In this document: piece after piece, positions 43,301-53,231 of the stretch
Layout of the letters: each line of letters starts with the position of its first letter
How positions within the stretch are numbered: position 1 is the stretch's first letter
Source: an uncultured Planctomycetota bacterium
Lineage (GTDB): Bacteria; Planctomycetota; Planctomycetia; Isosphaerales; Isosphaeraceae
DNA length: 64,000 nucleotides
Assembly: GCA_963823665.1 (NCBI GenBank)
Contig: CAWGMQ010000012.1
Location: forward strand, 96,001 to 160,000
Direction: 5' to 3'
Position numbers and translations under genes: made by a program
The notes under the pieces: generated by a model
What the model saw: the letters and a program-made list of their open reading frames with translations, nothing else
Database searches by the model: none
Told to the model about the DNA's origin: nothing

Positions 43301-43431
43301 TCGTGCGCCTCCAGCAGTGCCTCGACGGCCGCACGGAGCTCCGGCCGCCCGGCACACGCCCGCTCGAGGAAGGCACCACGCTCCTCGGCAGCCAGGGACA
43401 GAGCTTCTCGGAACAGCATTTCCTTGCTCAC
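40306..43431 (-). CDS. Membrane Ser/Thr kinase with 6 TPR-like 49-aa repeats (copy 2)
   Basis: GTG start overlapping the upstream stop (GTGA 43428-43431); GEGGMG, HRDLKPAN, IDFG and YMSPEQ motifs; TM segment. Confidence 0.92.
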   Translation of the reverse strand: MSKEMLFREALSLAAEERGAFLERACAGRPELRAAVEALLEAHEKSATVPDRPLSQTFVSGTGQARADCPFDDAPVPDDASAGVTETSDYQPTSRSDIVVAGRYTLRQKIGEGGMGEVWVARQTEPVTRKVALKLIKTGMDSKAVVARFEQERQALAILDHPNIAKVLDGGLTPGGQPFFVMELVNGLPLGRFCDEARLTPRERLELFVPICRAVQHAHQKGIVHRDLKPANILVTIIDGKPVPKVIDFGVAKATAGKLTELSMSTHFGAVIGTFEYMSPEQAGFSGVDIDTRADIYALGVILYELLTGLRPFDSGRLRDAVLTEVLRIIKEEEPSKPSTRLSTDDSLPSMAALRQIEPRKLTALLRGELDWVVMKCLEKHRERRYETANALARDIQRYLADEAVEARPASTGYRLRKFLHRNKGPVLAANVVMLALIGGVVGTTIGMIHANRARADEAKQRGIAQRNEANALLAAEAERQAKEREGQQRAKAEKARDRTRQALDAMTSSVTGDSLTTQREISALQKKFLTEVLTYYREFAGEKADDEASRVRTALAAARVGMIEYRLGRTVEAAAANRLALDGFATLVAEFPGVPLYRQNLAIHHNNLGLLLAGLGKGPEAEEHYRQALAICEKLAAEFPAVGEYRGNLASSHTNMGRLLAGLGKRLEAEEQFRKALAISEKLVAGLPALRGSRADLANCHNNLGSLLRDLRKYPEAHEQYRSAHAIREKLAAELAAEPDYRKDLAQSLHNLGAVLRDLGRLPEAEEQFQHALAILEKLNAEFPAVPEYRRGLELSHTKLGGLLAGMGRRSEAAAQYRKAVAIQEKLVAEFPAVPGYRVDLGGNYCDLGRLVMNGGGPGESLDWFEKAIRTLTAVYERDRRIAVARQFLRNSHANRAMAYDRLRKFAEAAKAWGDAIELSPAKERAGPRAARATSRVRAGQVDEALAEVAELTKAANWSSGQWYDFACVYAIASGKSTDKKRAYADRAMDLLRKAVRAGWSDAAHMAKDTDLDAIRGREDFKRLVEDLAKKPLREPGPKP

Positions 43432-46400
43432 GGTTTCTGCTCCGTCTTGCCCGCTGCTTTTCTCGACAGCTCCTCGAGCAGCTTCTTGAAGTCCTCCCGT
43501 CCCCGGATCGGATCGAGATCCGTGTCCTTGGCCATGTGTGCGGCGTCGCTCCACCCTGCCTTCACGGCCTTTTGCAGCAGCTCCACGGCCCGGCCGGCAT
43601 ATTCCTGCTTCTTGTCAGCGAGCTTGCCGCTGGCGATGGCGTAGACGCAGGCAAAATCGTACCACTGACCGGAGTTCCAGTTCGCGGACTTCGTCAGCGC
43701 AGCGACCTCCGCCACAGCCTCGGCCATCTGACCGGCGTTGATCCGCGACGTGGCCCGTGCCGCGCGGAGGGCTGGTTGCTCTCCGCTCGGAGCGAGCTCG
43801 ATGGTCTTGTCCCAGTCGCTGAGCGCTTCGGTAAACTTCCCCAGGAGACCAAGCGTCCGGGCTCGGTTCGAGTGGCTAGTGACGAGGAACTGTCTGGCCG
43901 GATCCAACTGGCGATCCTGTTCGTACACGGCTGTCAATGTGCGGATGGCTTTCTCGAACCACCCCAGGCTTTCAGCCGGCTGGCCGCTGGTACTGACCAC
44001 AATGCCGAGATTGCAGTAAGTACCACCGAGTTTGAGTCGATACTGCGGCACGTCGGGGAAATCGGCGGCCAGCCTCTCCTCGATCGCCAGGGCTTTCCGA
44101 ATCTGCTCCTCCGCCTCCGGCAGCTTACGGAGGCGGGCCAGCAAGAGCCCCAGGTTGTTCTGGCTCTCGCCCAGATCGCTGCGGTACAGCGGTACGTCGG
44201 GGAAATCGGCGGCCAGCTTCTCCTTGATCGCCAGGGATTTCCGATGCTCCTGCACCGCCTCCGGCCGCTTCCCCAGGCCCGCCAGCAGAATCGCCAGGTT
44301 GAAGTGGCTTTGGGCCAGCGCCCGATGGTGGTCCGGCACGTCCGGGAAGTCGGCGACCAGTTTTTCCCGGATCGCCACGGCTTTCCGATACTGCTCCTCC
44401 GCCTTTCGCCGCTCACCCAGGCTGGCCGCCAGATTTGCCAGGTTGTTGTAGCTGCCGGCCAGGGTCTGGCGGTACCGCGGCACGTCGGGGAAATCGGCGA
44501 CCAGCTTCTCATAGATCGCCAGGGCTTGGCCAAATTGCCCCTCGGCCTCGTGCCGCTTCCCGAAACGGGCCAGCAAAATCCCCAGGTTCATGTGGCTGGC
44601 GGCCAGGAGCCCGCGATGCTCCGGCACGGAGGGGTGCTCGGCGGCCAGCTTCTCCTTGATCGCCAGGGCTTTCCGATACTGTTCCTGCGCCTCCGGCCGC
44701 TTTTCCAGGTCGGCCAGAAGAAGCCCCAGGCTGTCGAGGCCGGCGCTCAGATGCTGGCGGTACAGCGGCTCGGCTGGGAATTCGGCGGCCAGATTTTCCA
44801 GGATCGTCAAGGCTTTCCGATAGTGCAGCTCCGCCTGCGGACGCTCTCCCAGACCAACAAGAAGCATTCCCAGGCCGACGTGGCTGGCGGCCAGACTATT
44901 GCGGTACTCCGGCACGGCCGGAAAGTCGGTCGCCAGCTTCTCATGGATGGCCACGGCTTTCCGTTGCTGCTCTTCGGCTTCCGGCTGCCTCTTCAGGCCG
45001 GCCAGAAGTTGTCCCAGGTTGGTGTGGCTGATGGCCAGGCCAATGCGGTACGCCGGCACGGCGGGGAATTCGGCGGCCAGCTTCTCTTGGATCGCCAGGG
45101 CTTTCCGCTGCTCTAGATCGGCATCCGCTCGCTTGCCCAGGTCGGCCAACATAGTCCCCAGGCTGTTATGGCTGCCGGCCAAGGCGTTGCGGTACAGCGG
45201 CACCGCGGGGAACTCGGCGACCAGCTTTGCGAGCCCTCCGATGGCCTGGCGGAAGGCGTTCGCCGCTTCCGCCTTTCGACCCAGGCGGAACTCGATGTGA
45301 CCGACCCGAAACGCCGCCTCCGCCGTTTGGGCCCGCGACCGTTCATCTTCCGCCTTCTCGCCGGCGAACTCCTGGTAGTAGGTCAGCACTCCTGTCAGGA
45401 ACTTCTTCTGCTCGGCGCTGATTTCTTTCTGCGTGCTGAGCGAATCCTCCGTCACCGTCGACGTCATGGCGTCGAGCGCCTGGCGGGTCCGGTCGCGTGC
45501 CTTCTCCGCCTTCGCTTCATTCGCCTCAGCAATCCCGCGCTGCCTCGCTTCGTTCGCCCGCGCTCGCTCCGCTTCCACCCTGCGGCTCTCTGCCCGCAGG
45601 AACCCGAATGTTGTCCCGGCGATCCCGCCGACGAGGGCCAGCAACAGCAGACTCGCCGCGATCACGGGTCCTTTATTCCGCTTGAAGAACTTGCCCAAGC
45701 GGTAACCCGCCGCCGGCGGCCGAGCCTGCACAGTTTCATCGGCCAGGTAGCGCTGGATGTCTCGGGCCAGAGCGTTCGCAGTCTCGTACCGCCGTTCGCG
45801 GTGTTTCTCCAGGCATTTCATCACCACCCAATCCAGCTCGCCACGCAACAAGGCCATCAGCTTGCGAGGCTCGATCTGCCGCAGCGCTGCCATCGAGCGC
45901 AATGACTCATCGGTCGAGAGTCGTGTTGAAGGCTTCGATGGCTCTTCCTCCCGAATGATCCGGATCATCTCGGTGAGCGCCGCATTACTCAGGCGCTTGG
46001 CGTCGATCGGGCGCAGACCGGTGAGGAGCTCATAGAGGTTCACGCCCAGCGAATAGATATCGGACCGCGTGTCGACGTCGACGCCCGAGAAACCCGCCTG
46101 TTCGGGCGACATATATTCAAGTGTTCCGATGACCGCGCCGAACTGGGTGGACATCGATAGGTCGGTGAGTTTGCCGGCGGTGGCCTTGGCCACGCCGAAG
46201 TCGATGACCTTTGGAACTGGCTTGCCATCGATCAAGGTGACGAGGATGTTGGCCGGCTTCAAATCGCGATGGACGATACCCTTCTGGTGCGCGTGCTGCA
46301 CCGCCTGGCAAATCGGCACGAAGAGTTCCAGCCGCTCCTCGGTCGTGAGCCTGGCCTCGTCGCAGAATTTGGAGAGCGGCAGCCCGTTGACCAGCTCCAT

Positions 46401-46952
46401 GACGAAGGACGGTTGGCCCGTGGGGGTGAGGCCGCCGTCGAGCACCTTGGCGATATTGGGATGATCCATCATCGCCAGCGCCTGGCGCTCTTGCTCGAAG
46501 CGAGCGAGCACAGCCTTCGAATCCATGCCGGTCTTGATCAGCTTGAGCGCCACCTTACGCTTGACCGGCTCAGTCTGCCTGGCGACCCAGACATCGCCCA
46601 TGCCCCCTTCGCCGATCTTGTCTTGCAGCGTGTATCTGCCCGCGATGACGATGCCGGAGTCGCTCTTCGTCTGGTAGTCGGTCGTCATGTTGACGTCGGA
46701 AGACACATCGTCCGGCCCTGGAGTGTGGTCGAGGGTGGCGGCAGGACGAGGCTGGGCAGGGCCTGATTCCAGGGTCTGAGCCACATCGATCTGGCGCCTG
46801 TCGAGGATGTTGCCCGACTTCTCGTGCGCCGCCAGCAATGCCTCGACGGCCGCACGAAGCTCCGGCCGGCCTTCGCAGGCCTGTTCAAGAAAACCGGCAC
46901 GCTCAGCGGGAGGTCGGGACAAGGCTTGTTCGAACAGGGTCTCTTCGTTCAT
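43428..46952 (-). CDS. Membrane Ser/Thr kinase with 9 TPR-like 49-aa repeats (copy 1)
   Basis: Intact kinase motifs; TM PVIAASLLLLALVGGIAGTTFGFL; repeats AEFPAVPxYRxxLAxSxxNLG. Confidence 0.94.
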   Translation of the reverse strand: MNEETLFEQALSRPPAERAGFLEQACEGRPELRAAVEALLAAHEKSGNILDRRQIDVAQTLESGPAQPRPAATLDHTPGPDDVSSDVNMTTDYQTKSDSGIVIAGRYTLQDKIGEGGMGDVWVARQTEPVKRKVALKLIKTGMDSKAVLARFEQERQALAMMDHPNIAKVLDGGLTPTGQPSFVMELVNGLPLSKFCDEARLTTEERLELFVPICQAVQHAHQKGIVHRDLKPANILVTLIDGKPVPKVIDFGVAKATAGKLTDLSMSTQFGAVIGTLEYMSPEQAGFSGVDVDTRSDIYSLGVNLYELLTGLRPIDAKRLSNAALTEMIRIIREEEPSKPSTRLSTDESLRSMAALRQIEPRKLMALLRGELDWVVMKCLEKHRERRYETANALARDIQRYLADETVQARPPAAGYRLGKFFKRNKGPVIAASLLLLALVGGIAGTTFGFLRAESRRVEAERARANEARQRGIAEANEAKAEKARDRTRQALDAMTSTVTEDSLSTQKEISAEQKKFLTGVLTYYQEFAGEKAEDERSRAQTAEAAFRVGHIEFRLGRKAEAANAFRQAIGGLAKLVAEFPAVPLYRNALAGSHNSLGTMLADLGKRADADLEQRKALAIQEKLAAEFPAVPAYRIGLAISHTNLGQLLAGLKRQPEAEEQQRKAVAIHEKLATDFPAVPEYRNSLAASHVGLGMLLVGLGERPQAELHYRKALTILENLAAEFPAEPLYRQHLSAGLDSLGLLLADLEKRPEAQEQYRKALAIKEKLAAEHPSVPEHRGLLAASHMNLGILLARFGKRHEAEGQFGQALAIYEKLVADFPDVPRYRQTLAGSYNNLANLAASLGERRKAEEQYRKAVAIREKLVADFPDVPDHHRALAQSHFNLAILLAGLGKRPEAVQEHRKSLAIKEKLAADFPDVPLYRSDLGESQNNLGLLLARLRKLPEAEEQIRKALAIEERLAADFPDVPQYRLKLGGTYCNLGIVVSTSGQPAESLGWFEKAIRTLTAVYEQDRQLDPARQFLVTSHSNRARTLGLLGKFTEALSDWDKTIELAPSGEQPALRAARATSRINAGQMAEAVAEVAALTKSANWNSGQWYDFACVYAIASGKLADKKQEYAGRAVELLQKAVKAGWSDAAHMAKDTDLDPIRGREDFKKLLEELSRKAAGKTEQKP

Positions 46953-47099
46953 GGCCGAAGCTCGGGCAACTGGGTTTGAACGGTCCGATACAAGGCGCGG
47001 ATCGGGAGACGGAGCTCCCTCCTACGGATCCCGCCCGGCTCTGTCCGGCGACCTTCCTGGCTGTGGTTCGGATCATCAAGTTCTTTCGCGGTTCCTGAC

Positions 47100-47714
47100 T
47101 CAGTGCGACGAACCGGCGTCGCCGGCGCCAGGTTTTTTTCCCGTTTTCTCGTTCGGACCCGCGCCTTCCATCTCACGACGCAGCCAGGCCCGCGCGTAAA
47201 GCCAGTAACGGTCAGCAGTTCGCGCAGAGATTCCGACGATCTCGGCCGCCTCTTCGCCGGTCAGGCCTGCGAAGTAACGCAGCTCGACCAGCCGGGCCTT
47301 GATCGGATCACGCTCGCCGAGCTTGGCCAAAGCGGCGTCGAGTGCGAGCAGATCCTCATCCGGCTCGGGCGAGGCGACGAGGTCGGCATCGAGTTCCCGC
47401 CGCTGCCGTCCGCCGCCGTGGATCGCTCGTTGCTTCCGGCGGGCTCGCTCGATCAGGATGCGCCGCATGGCGGTAGCCGCCGCCGCGAAGAAATGACCGC
47501 GCCCGTTCCAGGGTGTCCCCGCGCCGTCTCCAACCAGCCGCAAGTACGCTTCGTGGACCAGCGCCGTCGCCTGGAGCGTCTGCCCCTGTTGCTCGCAGGC
47601 AAGTTTCTGTGCGGCCAGCTTGCGCAGCTCGTCGTAGATCAGCGGCAAGAGCTGGCTGGCAGCGCTTGGGTCGTCTTGATCGATCGCTGAGAGGATGCGG
47701 GTGACTTCGTTCAT
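47100..47714 (-). CDS. ECF sigma factor, TIGR02999/ECF43-like (kinase-associated)
   Basis: EVTRIL...LLPLIYDELRKLA...TLQATALVHEAYLRL...HFFAAAATAMRRILIERAR...VELRYFAGL...W..ARAWL. Confidence 0.92.
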   Translation of the reverse strand: MNEVTRILSAIDQDDPSAASQLLPLIYDELRKLAAQKLACEQQGQTLQATALVHEAYLRLVGDGAGTPWNGRGHFFAAAATAMRRILIERARRKQRAIHGGGRQRRELDADLVASPEPDEDLLALDAALAKLGERDPIKARLVELRYFAGLTGEEAAEIVGISARTADRYWLYARAWLRREMEGAGPNEKTGKKPGAGDAGSSH

Positions 47715-47992
47715 GGCCTTGAGCCGCCATCATACGCGTGCGCGTGCCTGAAAGCGATTCTGTGATGGGCTCTGGGACAAGATAGCATCGCACGATTTAG
47801 AACTCGTGATACACCTCGCTGATGACAACCTTCTGGGCGCACCCTCATCCCGCGCCGGAGCGTTGGCGCAGACGCTGGAACTTGGGACGATGCCGGAACC
47901 TCGAACGACCGAACGTGAGATCCGCGTTCCCGCTCTGCGAGCCGGTCGGACGAGCTTGGTCTTCAAGCTTGATCACGCGGAGGAGGAGTAGC

Positions 47993-48553
47993 ATGGGCAA
48001 CTTCTACGTCAATTTCACGGTCAAAAGAGACGACCCGGAACGCGTCGCGGCTGCCTTGAAGGGAGCGGCGTGCAGAGCGTTCATCACTCCCCCGAGCAAT
48101 GGGTATGTCATGGTCTGCGAGGAGCAGTCCGACACCCAGGATGAGGTGGCCATCAAGCAAGTCGGTGCCCTGCTCTCGCGCACGGCCGACGCCCCGGTGC
48201 TGGCCGTCTTGAACCATGACGACGACATTCTTTGCTACTGGCTGCTCGAACACGGACAGGTGAGCGACTCCTACAATTCATGCCCGGACTATTTCGGCGA
48301 GTCCGATGAGGAGGAATCCGACTCTGGTGGTGATGCCAAACGCCTGTGCGAAGCTCTGTCCGTCCCGTCGGCTGCCGCCGCGGTGGATGAAATCCTACGG
48401 AGCGATGAGTACGCGTTTGCCATCGATCGGCACTCAGCGCTCGCCGCGGGACTGGGTCTACCGCCGTTCTCCGTAGGCCTCGGCTATCAATACTTGGCAA
48501 ATGGTGAGTCGAGGGAAGGTTTGGATCCAGACCAGCTTATTCGCGTGGGGTGA
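47993..48553 (+). CDS. Hypothetical acidic protein
   Basis: Strong GGAGGAGGAG RBS before ATG 47993; MGNFYVNFTVK...HDDDILCYWL...YNSCPDYF. Confidence 0.75.
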   Translation: MGNFYVNFTVKRDDPERVAAALKGAACRAFITPPSNGYVMVCEEQSDTQDEVAIKQVGALLSRTADAPVLAVLNHDDDILCYWLLEHGQVSDSYNSCPDYFGESDEEESDSGGDAKRLCEALSVPSAAAAVDEILRSDEYAFAIDRHSALAAGLGLPPFSVGLGYQYLANGESREGLDPDQLIRVG

Positions 48554-48594
48554 TCATTTCGGCTGGACTCTCGCTGGTGATACTGTACTGAGTA

Positions 48595-51226
48595 TTAGAA
48601 CTCCCGATACACCTCCTCAAACATCGCCGTCCCACACACAGCATTGAACCGCCAGATGCGCATCCACCGTCGCTCCGGCGGCATGGCAAGGATCTCGGCA
48701 AGGTCATACCGCACATAGTTCGCGGGCTCACCGATACTCAGCGTCCTGGCCGGCGGCAAACTCTCAACCACCGCAACGGCGTTTCGCGGGTCGAGACAGG
48801 CCAGAGCGTGCAGCACCCCGAGGATGATGTCCTGCCCGCCGCGGAGCGGCCGGCTCCGAACGTACGCCGCTATCGGCTCGAAGAGCGTCGATGCAACCTC
48901 GCGGTCATACCGGGAAAGCAGCATCACTTCGGAGATCAGCGGATAGTCCGCGCCGAAATCGCTTCGCGGGTCGTCCCCGGGTGCGTGCAGAGCAACGGCG
49001 CGCCAGAACACGTCGGCGACTCGCTCCGGCGCAATCTGCTCGATCAGCGGCAGAATCGAGACCGCCGCGTTCGCGTCAAACCGGCGATAAGGATCGTGAA
49101 GGTCGATGCTGTCGATCTCCCGCAGCGCTTGTTCGAGCGCGGCCGACGCGCCCGTGCTGTCCTTGCCCGCCAGGCCATGAGCGATGAACGTCCAGGCGTA
49201 GGCTCGCTCGGCCGCGTAGGGCAAACCGGCGGCGATCCGCCGCGCCCGCGCCAGGTCGATCATCGCCAGCCGCCGGCAGATCCTCGGTGCGCACCAGATC
49301 CGCCAGACCGGCTCCTCGATCGAGTTAAGCACGCGCTCGGCTTCTTCGGGATGCGCAAACGCCAGCCGGCTCGCGATGTTGCCCAGAACCCGCTGTCGCG
49401 CCGTTTCAGGCGAGATGTCCTTCGCCAGTGCCAGCGCGGCCCCCGGCTCGACTCGCGCCAGGTGCGCCGAGAACGAGCCCGCGTCGCGACGTTTGAGCGG
49501 CGGCAGCGTCTCGGCGAGTTTCCGGCCCGCAGCCAGGAGCGCCTCGGCTTTCGCCGTTTCACCAAGCTCGAGCCAGCGTTCGGCCACTTCCCCCATCTGA
49601 TAAAGCTTGTTCGACGAAAGCTCGGCCGAGCGGGCCTGGAGCGCGGCACGGTCGAGCAGCGCCAGACTTGCGCACCTTTTCCTTGGCTGGCAAGGCATCG
49701 ACAAGGTCAATCAGCGTACCGGCCCGCCGGCCGGGATCGGCGATCGTCTCGGCGATGGCTTCGGCTTCCTCGGGATCCTGGGCCGCCAGCGCCAGCGCGG
49801 CACGGCCCCGCAAAAAGTCGGCCGAGCTTCCCAGGTCGAACCGGGTCGTTTGCACTTGCTCAAGCAGACCGGCCGGGTTCAGCCACCGCTCGATGTCCAG
49901 CGCCCGGAACTTGGCCGCGTCGTCCCCCTTGGCGGTCGCCATTTTCTGGTACGGACCGATGAGCCGGCGAGCCAGCGCGCGGCTCTCTTCCAGCGAGATT
50001 GGCTCGGGAAGCGTCGCCATCATCCGCTCGGGCAGCGCGTTCTCACGGCTCAAGGTCAGTTCGATCGGTTCGGTCGCGCCGGAATCGACGATACGTCCCT
50101 GGAACCGGAAACCCGCTCGATGCGCCAGCAAAAACCAACGGCCGGACCGAGCCCCCTCGAGCCGGAACCGCCCCGCCTGGTCGCTGGTCGTGGATGGCCC
50201 GCCAGCCGGCTCGAATATCTCCACACCCGGTATCGGATTCCCTTGCCGGTCGACGACGCGTCCCAGAATTGTGCGCACCGGCACCATGACGATCGGCGCG
50301 AGCGAGTTCGGCTCGCTCTTCAAAGTGATCCAGTCGGAGACCACGGGTGAATGCCCGTTCGCTCGAACGACGACGCGATAGGTCGAGCCGGTCAAAAGCA
50401 ATGGCGGCGTCTTGAACGCGCCGAGCCCGTCGGTCTGGATCGGCCCGGAATCAAACGGCACCCGTTCCGGAATTCCATACGACGCCTGCTGCTCGCCGTA
50501 GGCGCTCCCGCACCGCACCCAGACCTCGACATCAGCACCCGCAATCGGGTCTCCCAAGTGGCTTCTCACCTCACCCGTAAGCCCGCTAGCTTGCCCGAGC
50601 GAGAGCGCCGTGTCGTCCTTGGCGCTGGCAAATGGGATGCCCACAAAGTGACTGCCTCGCCCCGGGATTGTGATTCGCACGCTGCGCAGCTTGATCCGCC
50701 GCGTCAAACCCGGCAATGCGGCGAGACCATTCGCGTTGGTCGTGACGGAAAGCCGCTCGAGCCAAGCGTCGGGCACGGTCACACCCATGTAGCCGGTCTG
50801 GTCCTCCTCAATGACGCGAATCGCAACCCTCGCCCCGTTAATCGCATTCCCGCCGACATCGCCGATAGTAATCTTTCGCGCTTGAAATGGCTCGAGCACG
50901 AGGCGGTGTACCCGCTCCGGTTGATCCTCACGGATCAGCTCGACGACGCCCAACCCCAGCCCCGGTTTGTGAGCAAAGATCGCGCCTTCACGGTAAAGGT
51001 TGCTTCGAGCTGCGCCTGGATCCTCGACGCGAAACTGCCCCATCTCGTCAGTGACCGTCGTCGCCAGGATCGAAACCGAGCCATCGCGCGCCACACCCGC
51101 CGAAAGCGCAATCTCAGCGCCGGCGATCGGTACGCCGTGGTCATCGACAACGACTCCCCGAACCGATGCGGAAGGCTGTGCCACCAGGCCGGAAGCAAGA
51201 ATCACAAGTGCAAGACAGTTCATCAT
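48595..51226 (-). CDS. Exported carboxypeptidase-regulatory-like domain protein with a helical-repeat C-terminus; +1 frameshift at ~49666
   Basis: Signal peptide; GVVVDDHGVPIAGA and GRVVDRQGNPIPGV motifs; the two ORFs join as KEKVRK-LALLDRAA if one T is removed. Confidence 0.8.
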
Positions 51227-51470
51227 GGCATTCCTGACAGTCGTCGCAAGCACGGGGCAAGAAGGTTGTTCATGATCCCGCGACGGGAAGGCCCCGGCCG
51301 AGCCGCGCAGGCGTTTGCATCGATGTCAGGCGCACTCGCACACACAAAGGCCTTGAATTCCGGATCTCCATCCTACAAACGTCGTAGCAAGTTCGTCAAT
51401 CCGGCGGCGGTACGGCTATAATGCTGGATGCGCTGCATGTGAGCTCCCGGTCCCAGCGAGGAGGTGACTC

Positions 51471-53231
51471 GTGACGATCCGATCCGCAATATTCCTGGTG
51501 GGTTTCGCCGTCGCGATCACGGTGGCGAAGGGCGACGAGCCGGCGAAGTCCGCCGTAGCCGGGCGCGTCATCCAGGGGACGGTCGTGACGGCCGGAGGGA
51601 AGCCTCTCGAGGGTGCGAGAGTCTTGATCGGTGAGTTCGGCAGTGGAATGTCGTTCGTCGACGACGCGGCCGCGGCGACCGATGCGCGGGGAGAGTACCG
51701 GCTGAGTCTGGGTCAGTTCCCCTGGGCAAAAGGGGCGCTTCGGGTGCTCGTGCTGGCACAGGGGTTCGAGATCGGCGACCGGAAGCTCGAGCCGGGTATC
51801 GCGACTGCCGACTTCCAGCTCGCCGCGCAGCCGTGGAAGGAGACATTGGTGCGTCTGGAAGACGAATCAGGCAAGCCGGTCGCAGGCGTCGAGGTCGGAT
51901 GTCTCCTGGGCGCAGCGACCTGGGCGCGGCCGAAGTCCGGAGTCGACGGGTCCATCCGGCTCGTGATGGCACCGGAGCTCTGGGTCACCTTGGTCGTGAA
52001 ACCCGATGGCGCGCGCCCAATCGAGATGCATTTTGCGGTTAGAAAGGACGGGCCGGCGTCGATCACGCTGCCGGTGCTTCAGCCGATCCGGGGGCGGGTG
52101 CTCGGCGCCGACGGTAAGCCACTACCCGACGTCGCCGTCGGCCGCTGGATCTCGCTTGATTCTGACGGCGCGGGGGAGATGTTGCCGTTCTTCAGCGGCG
52201 CGCTGGCTCTTACTGACTCTGAAGGGCGGTTCGCAATCGCCCCCGAGGTGCAGCTCAAGGGCAGCCAGCTTGAAAAGGCGAACGCCCCGCACCTGCCGTG
52301 GGCGCTGTGCTTCGCCGACCGAAGCTTCCGGCGCGCGGCGTGCCGGTTCTTCAATCCGACCGGTGCTGCCGCGCCTTTGGAGGTCACGCTCGAGCCGACG
52401 CAGCACGTGCGCGTGCCAATCACAGGCGATCTTCTAGCGGAATACCCGCGAGCGGCGCTCAACGTCGCGATCTCGATTGTGCCGCGATCAGATGCACCCG
52501 ATCTCAAGTATTGCTTCCTCACGCGGACGACCACGCTCGAGGGTAAGGCCGGTAGGCCGGTCCTGGAAGAGTACCTGCCCGCCGGGACGTACGAGCTCGA
52601 AGCGACCCTTCTCGACGAGAAGTACGTGACGCGCGGCATGGCTTCGTGTCGTCTCGTGGTGGAGAAGGGTGAGCGCGAGGGTCCGATCAACCTGCCGCCA
52701 CTGGAGCTCCGGCCACCCGACCAGCGGACGTGGTTCGGGAAGCCCGCGCCAGAGATCGCGGCGATTGACCTCGACACCAGCAAGCCGGTCACTCTGGCTG
52801 ACTTCCGCGGCAAGGTGGTGGTTCTCGATTTCTGGGGATACTGGTGTGGCCCTTGCACCGTCAGCATGCCGTACTTGATGGATCTGCAGCAAAGGTTCAA
52901 GGGCCGGCCGCTCGAGATCGTCGCCCTGCACGACCAATCCGTGCAATCGCGCGCCGAATACGACCAGAAGATCGCCCCGGCGCGACGCATCATGTGGTCC
53001 GGGCGCGATCTGCCCTTCCAAGTATTGCTCGACCGACCTGACCCGGAGAAACCCGACGACCGGGATCCGGAAGGAACCGGAACAACCTGCAAACGATACG
53101 CGATCAAGAGTTTCCCTACCCTGTTCGTCATCGGCCCGGACGGCACGCTCGTAGAAAAAGTCGGTCACTCGCAACACGAGCGACTTGAGCAGCTCGTCGA
53201 CGAGTTGCTCAAAAAGGCTGAGGGGCGATGA
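51471..53231 (+). CDS. Exported carboxypeptidase-regulatory-like protein with a C-terminal TlpA/redoxin domain
   Basis: GAGGAGG RBS; signal peptide; GKVVVLDFWGYWCGPC and FPTLFVIGPDG motifs; TATAAT at 51417-51422. Confidence 0.88.
   Translation: MTIRSAIFLVGFAVAITVAKGDEPAKSAVAGRVIQGTVVTAGGKPLEGARVLIGEFGSGMSFVDDAAAATDARGEYRLSLGQFPWAKGALRVLVLAQGFEIGDRKLEPGIATADFQLAAQPWKETLVRLEDESGKPVAGVEVGCLLGAATWARPKSGVDGSIRLVMAPELWVTLVVKPDGARPIEMHFAVRKDGPASITLPVLQPIRGRVLGADGKPLPDVAVGRWISLDSDGAGEMLPFFSGALALTDSEGRFAIAPEVQLKGSQLEKANAPHLPWALCFADRSFRRAACRFFNPTGAAAPLEVTLEPTQHVRVPITGDLLAEYPRAALNVAISIVPRSDAPDLKYCFLTRTTTLEGKAGRPVLEEYLPAGTYELEATLLDEKYVTRGMASCRLVVEKGEREGPINLPPLELRPPDQRTWFGKPAPEIAAIDLDTSKPVTLADFRGKVVVLDFWGYWCGPCTVSMPYLMDLQQRFKGRPLEIVALHDQSVQSRAEYDQKIAPARRIMWSGRDLPFQVLLDRPDPEKPDDRDPEGTGTTCKRYAIKSFPTLFVIGPDGTLVEKVGHSQHERLEQLVDELLKKAEGR

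Noticed and set aside
37222..45116. Long + strand ORFs (655, 596 and 599 aa) opposite the kinases
   Set aside because: Antisense shadows of GC-rich repetitive genes; no motifs of their own.
36900..45300. 147-bp periodicity as a CRISPR array or DGR
   Set aside because: The repeats are in-frame, degenerate and coding; there are no spacers, cas genes or reverse transcriptase in the window.
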